DNA of 64,000 nt. Origin: Leucoraja ocellata. Its lineage: Eukaryota. The DNA is taken from NCBI GenBank assembly GCA_036785375.1, contig JAWMAR010000834.1, positions 434,001-498,000 on the forward strand, written 5' to 3'. Positions 59,464 through 64,000 of this stretch are shown here, in pieces (position 1 is the first letter of the stretch; the number at the start of each line of letters is the position of its first letter). A program made the translations under genes and the position numbers. The notes below the pieces were generated by a model. It was not told the origin of the DNA. It saw only the letters and a program-made list of their open reading frames with translations, and did not search any database.

Positions 59464-61335
59464 GTGGGGGGGAAGATTAAAATACTTCTTAAAAGAATGG
59501 TGTTGGGATACTAAGGATCCATTCATATTGCACAGTATAGAAAGATTAAAAATTGAGTTAAATTTTTAAACCACCACCAACTCATTCTAATATTCGCACA
59601 TATGTCTTTTCCCAAAAAGAGACAATGAATATACAAAAATAAATTAAAACATTATCTGACAATAATGTTATTGAGAGGTCATACACAGAACCTCACCAAT
59701 TTATATCCAATTTATTTCCAAAAGAGAAAAAAGATGGAGGGATCCATATTATTTTGGATTTTACGGAACTCAATACATATGTGCAACATAAATACTTTAA
59801 AATGGACAATTTTGGAACAGCAACTCAATTGGTTTCCAAAAATGGCTACATGGCATGCATCGACCTCAAAGATGCATACTATTCGGTGTCTATTCACAAA
59901 GAGTATAGGAGATATTTGAAGTTTACCTGGATGGTTCAAATATGGCAATACAAGGCTCTGCCAGATGGGTTGACATCAGCCCCTAGACTGTTTACCAAAT
60001 TACTGAAACCAATTCTGGGGCTGCTAAGATCTCAAAATCACATAGTCATGGCATATTTGGATGATATTTTCATCTTTGGAGTCAACAAAGAATTGGCAGA
60101 AGCAACAGTCAAGGCAACCAAAACCCTGTTTGAAAAACTTGGGTTCCTAATCCATCCAGTTAAATCAAAATTAACTCCTACTAAGGTAATTGATTACCTA
60201 GGATTTACTATCAATACAGTAACCATGTTGGTGACTTTGCCTAAAGGCAAACAACAAGACTTGAGGAAAGCCTGCAATGATCTGATAGAAAAACACAAAC
60301 CAACTATCAGACAAACAGCAAGTGTAATTGACAAATTGGTAGCTGCCTTTCCTGCAGTGCGCTACGGACCTTTGCATTAGCAGCATTTACAGTGGGCAAA
60401 GGAACAAGCATTGAAATTGCATGCAGGTCAGTTTGGCAAATCTATGCGGTTACCAGCTGAAGCCATTATTGAACTACAATGGTGGATGGCAAACATAAGA
60501 CTCAGCTCAAGAAAAATCTTACTTGAGAGCCCATCAGTGTTTCTCCAAACTGACGCAAGCGGTTTAGGATGGGGAGCCACAAACACAGTCAGGAGCAGTG
60601 GAGGCAGATGGAATGAGCAAGAGTCTACAATACTCCAACTATATGGAATCAATTACCTAGAATTGTTGGGGGCACAATGTGGTCTCAAGTCTCTCTGTAA
60701 CAACATGCAACATGTGCATGTTCAAATTCAGATTGATAACACTACTGCGGTAGCATATATCAATCACATGGGTGGTGTAAAATCTGTATCCTGTGACAGA
60801 TCATCCAACCTCATTTGGCACTGGTGCATCGAGAGGGATATTTGGGTCACAGCAGTATATCTACCAGGAAAATATAACACAGTGGCAGATGCAAGGTCAC
60901 AAATGTTTAATGATAATATAGAATGGTTGTTGAATCGTACGTTATTCAATGAAATAACTACAATTTGGCACTCCAGATTTGGATCTGTTTGCATCTAGAT
61001 TAAACCATCAATTACCCAGATATGTGTCCTGGGAGCCATACCCAGGAGCAGAGTCAGTGGATGCGTTTTCTCTAAACTGGGGAGGAATGTATATTTATGC
61101 TTTCCCACCATTCTGCCTCATAAACCGCTGCTTGACTAAAATCAAGCAAGACAAAGCCACAGGCATTTTAATAGTACCAGATTGGCCTACACAAGCCTGG
61201 TTCCCAAAAATATTGGGGATCATAGTCCAGCCATTAATGGTTGTACCTAAGAGGAGAGATCTCCTAGTAAACCCAGTTTCAGGGAGCAACCATCCACTTT
61301 CTGACCGGATTAATTTGTTGGTTTGCAGATTCTGA
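59464..61335 (+). pseudogene. DIRS copy 2 pol: RT, RNase H and Dam-like methyltransferase domain
   Basis: IDLKDAY, LP.GL..APR.F, YLDD; TDAS..GWG, INYLEL, DNTTAV; DLFASRLN..LPRY, DAF, YAFPPF and VPDWPTQAW. Confidence 0.95.
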
Positions 61336-62273
61336 GGAGGCCATTTCAAGACATTGGACTATCCGAACGAACTGTGGATGTCATCACAAAGGCATGGAGG
61401 GTCAGTACCAAAAAACAGTATGCCACTCATATTAAGAAGTGGGAAGCTTTCTGCCATGCAAATGATATAACATACAACACAGTTCAGATAACGGATGTCT
61501 TGGAGTTCGTATCAGCCCTGTACTATGACTATAAATTAAGTTATAGCGCAATCAACAGTGCCTGATGTGCACTATCCTCCTATCTGACATTGGAGGCAGG
61601 GCACGGGCCGATAGGAACGCACCCCTTCGTAATAAAATTCATGAAGGGAATTTATAATTCGATATCCCCAAGGCCTAGGTACATGGATACATGGGATGTG
61701 AGCATGGTACTGACCTTACTTCGTCAGTGGGGACAGCCAATAGCCTTATCTTTGTCAAAACTAACATTGAAAGTGGTTATGCTGATGGCGCTAATAACAG
61801 CCCAAAGAGTCCAGACACTACCAAAACTATGACCGGACTACATGACCAGCAATACGAATAACATAACATTCGTTGTGAAGGACCTGATCAAACAGAGCAG
61901 GCCAGGAATGCCAGAGATGAAGATCCAGTTCCTGGCATATCCAGAGGACCAACGATTGTGTGTGGCAACACATTTACACCGCTACCTGAGAGTCACGGAG
62001 AACCTCTGAGGCTCAGAACAATCGGTCCTCAGCAGCCACAAGAAACCACACCGAAAGGTGTCAACACAAACTATCTCCAGATGGTTAAAGGAGGTAATGG
62101 TGGTAGCGGGAATAAATACTCATATCTTTAAATCTCACTCCACCAGGGCTGCATCTACGTCGGCAGCAAGAACGATGGACGTGCCCCTTGATGACATCCT
62201 AGCGGCTGCAGGATGGGTGAACGAAAGAACGTTCCAGCGGTTTTATAACAAACCCATGCTCATGCCATCTTAA
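61329..62273 (+). pseudogene. DIRS copy 2 tyrosine recombinase
   Basis: AQR, HSTRAA, AGW and TFQRFY motifs, interrupted by a few TGA stops. Confidence 0.94.
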
Positions 62274-62468
62274 GTTCTGTTACCTAGTTTTCCCGCAGGT
62301 TCGGAGGGGAAGCTAATAAAACATTTTCTTTTTCTTTACTTTAAAGCATCAGTGTCTTTACTAACTACGTTATGTCTGAATGCTTTAATAATACTCTCAT
62401 CCATGGTCAATCCATTCAGTGTGTGACGCCTGGATTCGTAACCGGCGTGAAATCACAGAGCTTTGAAA

Positions 62469-62581
62469 TCTTCACGTAGTCACTCACGTGATTCCGAAGT
62501 AAAATAGTAAGATTAAACGAGAACTTACCAGTTTGAAGTTTGATCTTGATTTGATGAGGAGTCAAGATGAGCGATTACGTG
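62469..62581 (+). other. DIRS copy 2 internal complementary region (ICR)
   Basis: 62469-62504 complements 57971-58006, and 62505-62581 complements the last ~77 nt of the element. Confidence 0.95.
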
Positions 62582-64000
62582 CCCACCGCTCCCACCCTCA
62601 TATTATCAAGGTCATATGGAAGTTCTACTTTTTCACAATCTTACTATTCTCAGGTCTTCTCTTTTATCTGTGATTTAAAACCACTGCTTTGAAAATTGAC
62701 GCGCACGCAGACGGACGGCCCTTCTTCACGTAATCGCTCATCGTAACTCCTCATAAAATCAAGATCAAACTTCAAACTGGTAAGTTCTCGTTTAATCTTA
62801 CTATTCTTTTACATATTAAATATTGTGGGCAGAAGGAAAAAGGGGGGAAAAAACAGCAATTAAAAAAAAATAGGGTGGTACAGTAAAGTTAGTCCCCAGT
62901 GAGATAGGAGTTTTCAGTCCTAATGGCCTCTGGGAAGAAACTCCTTCTCAACCTCCCTATTCTCACAGCATGACAACGGAGGTGTTTGCCTGACCGTAGC
63001 AGCTGGAACAGTCCGTTGCAGGGGTGGAAGGGGTCTTCCGTGATTTTATTGGCTCTGGAGTTGCACCTCCTGATGTATAGTTCCTGCAGAGGGGCGAGTG
63101 AAGTTCCCATGGTGCGTTCGGGCGAACGCACTACTCTCCGTAGAGCCTTCTTGTCCTGGGCAGAGCAATTCCCAAACCAGATTGTAATATTTCAGGACAA
63201 GATGCTTTCCATAACCGCTGAGTAGAAGCACTGTAGGATCCTCGGAGACACTCTGAATTTCCTCAATTGCCTAAGGTGGTAAAGACACTGCCTTGCCTTA
63301 CTCACGAGTGTTGCAGCGTGTGATGTCCATGTCATATCCGCAGAGATGTGGACTCCCAGGTATTTAAAACAGTTCACCCTATCCACAGTATCCTCATTTA
63401 TCCTCAATGGTGTGTATGTCCTCGGATGATGTGCCCTCCTAAAGTCCACGATCAACTCCTTAGTGTTTTTGATGTTCAAGAGGAGGCTGTTGTCCTGACA
63501 CCAGAGTGCCTGGTCAGCCACCTCCACCCGGTAGGCCTTCTCATCATTGTCTGAGATCAGGCCCACCACCACAGTGTCTTCAGCAAACTTGATTATCGAG
63601 TTGGAGCTGAACCTAGCCACACAGTCATGTGGGTACAGCGAGTACAGTAGGAGGCTGAGGACGCAACCCTGGGGCGATCCTGTGCTCAGGGTGAGGGACT
63701 TTGATGCATTCCCTCCCATTTTGACTACCTGGGGCCTGGCAGTGAGAAAGTCCAGGGCCCAGGAACACAGGGGGGTGTTGAACCCTAATTCTAGTAGCTT
63801 CTTGGCCAGTCTGGTGGGGACTATCGTGTTGCAGGCTGAACTAAAGTCTATGAACAGCATCCTCACGTAGCCCCCCTTCTGGCTATCAAGATGAGAGAGA
63901 GCAGTGTGCAAAACCTGGGAGACCGCATCGTCCATGGATCTGTTCGGACAGTATGCGAATTGTAACGGGTCCATGTTGCGAGGAATGTGGAGATGTGTTT

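Larger units (their letters stand above)
57971..62803 (+). mobile_element. DIRS retrotransposon (copy 2), full length, lightly decayed
   Basis: Same terminal sequences as copy 1, ICR at 62469-62581, inverted terminal segment at about 62700-62735, and all domains present. Confidence 0.97.
57833..64000 (-). mobile_element. Rex1/Babar LINE (62804-64000 and 57833-57970), 3' UTR split by DIRS copy 2
   Basis: ORF 63192-63974 has [26 protein letters not shown] and KFAED. The C-terminus lies at 62889-63131, and the tail ATTTCACTGCAC..GACGAATAAA(CTTGA)n lies at 57833-57885. Confidence 0.9.

Noticed and set aside
60979-62273. Prophage or bacterial contamination (integrase plus methylase)
   Set aside because: Both domains sit inside a DIRS with RT, RNase H, ITRs and ICR, nested in vertebrate LINE sequence.

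Overview
This is vertebrate nuclear DNA, most likely from a cartilaginous fish (skate or ray). That is inferred from HE1-type V-SINEs sharing a 3' tail with CR1/HER1-type LINEs and from a Deu-domain SINE remnant. The window is almost entirely intronic or intergenic and saturated with transposons, and I could not identify a host gene with confidence. Main contents: (i) two complete-ended but decayed DIRS tyrosine-recombinase retrotransposons of different families (7993-12530 and 57971-62803); (ii) a Gypsy relic whose gag-protease and RT-RNaseH-integrase halves face each other (21867-25310); (iii) a deeply nested stack at 43620-53800, where a Gypsy provirus inside a SINE-like repeat contains a full-length CR1 that itself contains a Rex1 fragment; (iv) a solo LTR, many CR1 and Rex1 fragments, HE1-like SINEs, Penelope-like palindromes with hammerhead-like cores, MITE/TIR elements and probable non-autonomous Helitron-like pieces. 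The most interesting unexplained structures are a non-coding retroposon family with co-varying hairpins, conserved splice-like signals with a U1-mimic sequence in both DIRS leaders, and TATA-bearing 80-bp promoter monomers on the CR1. All calls come from reading the sequence by eye; no database search was run, and most boundaries are approximate.
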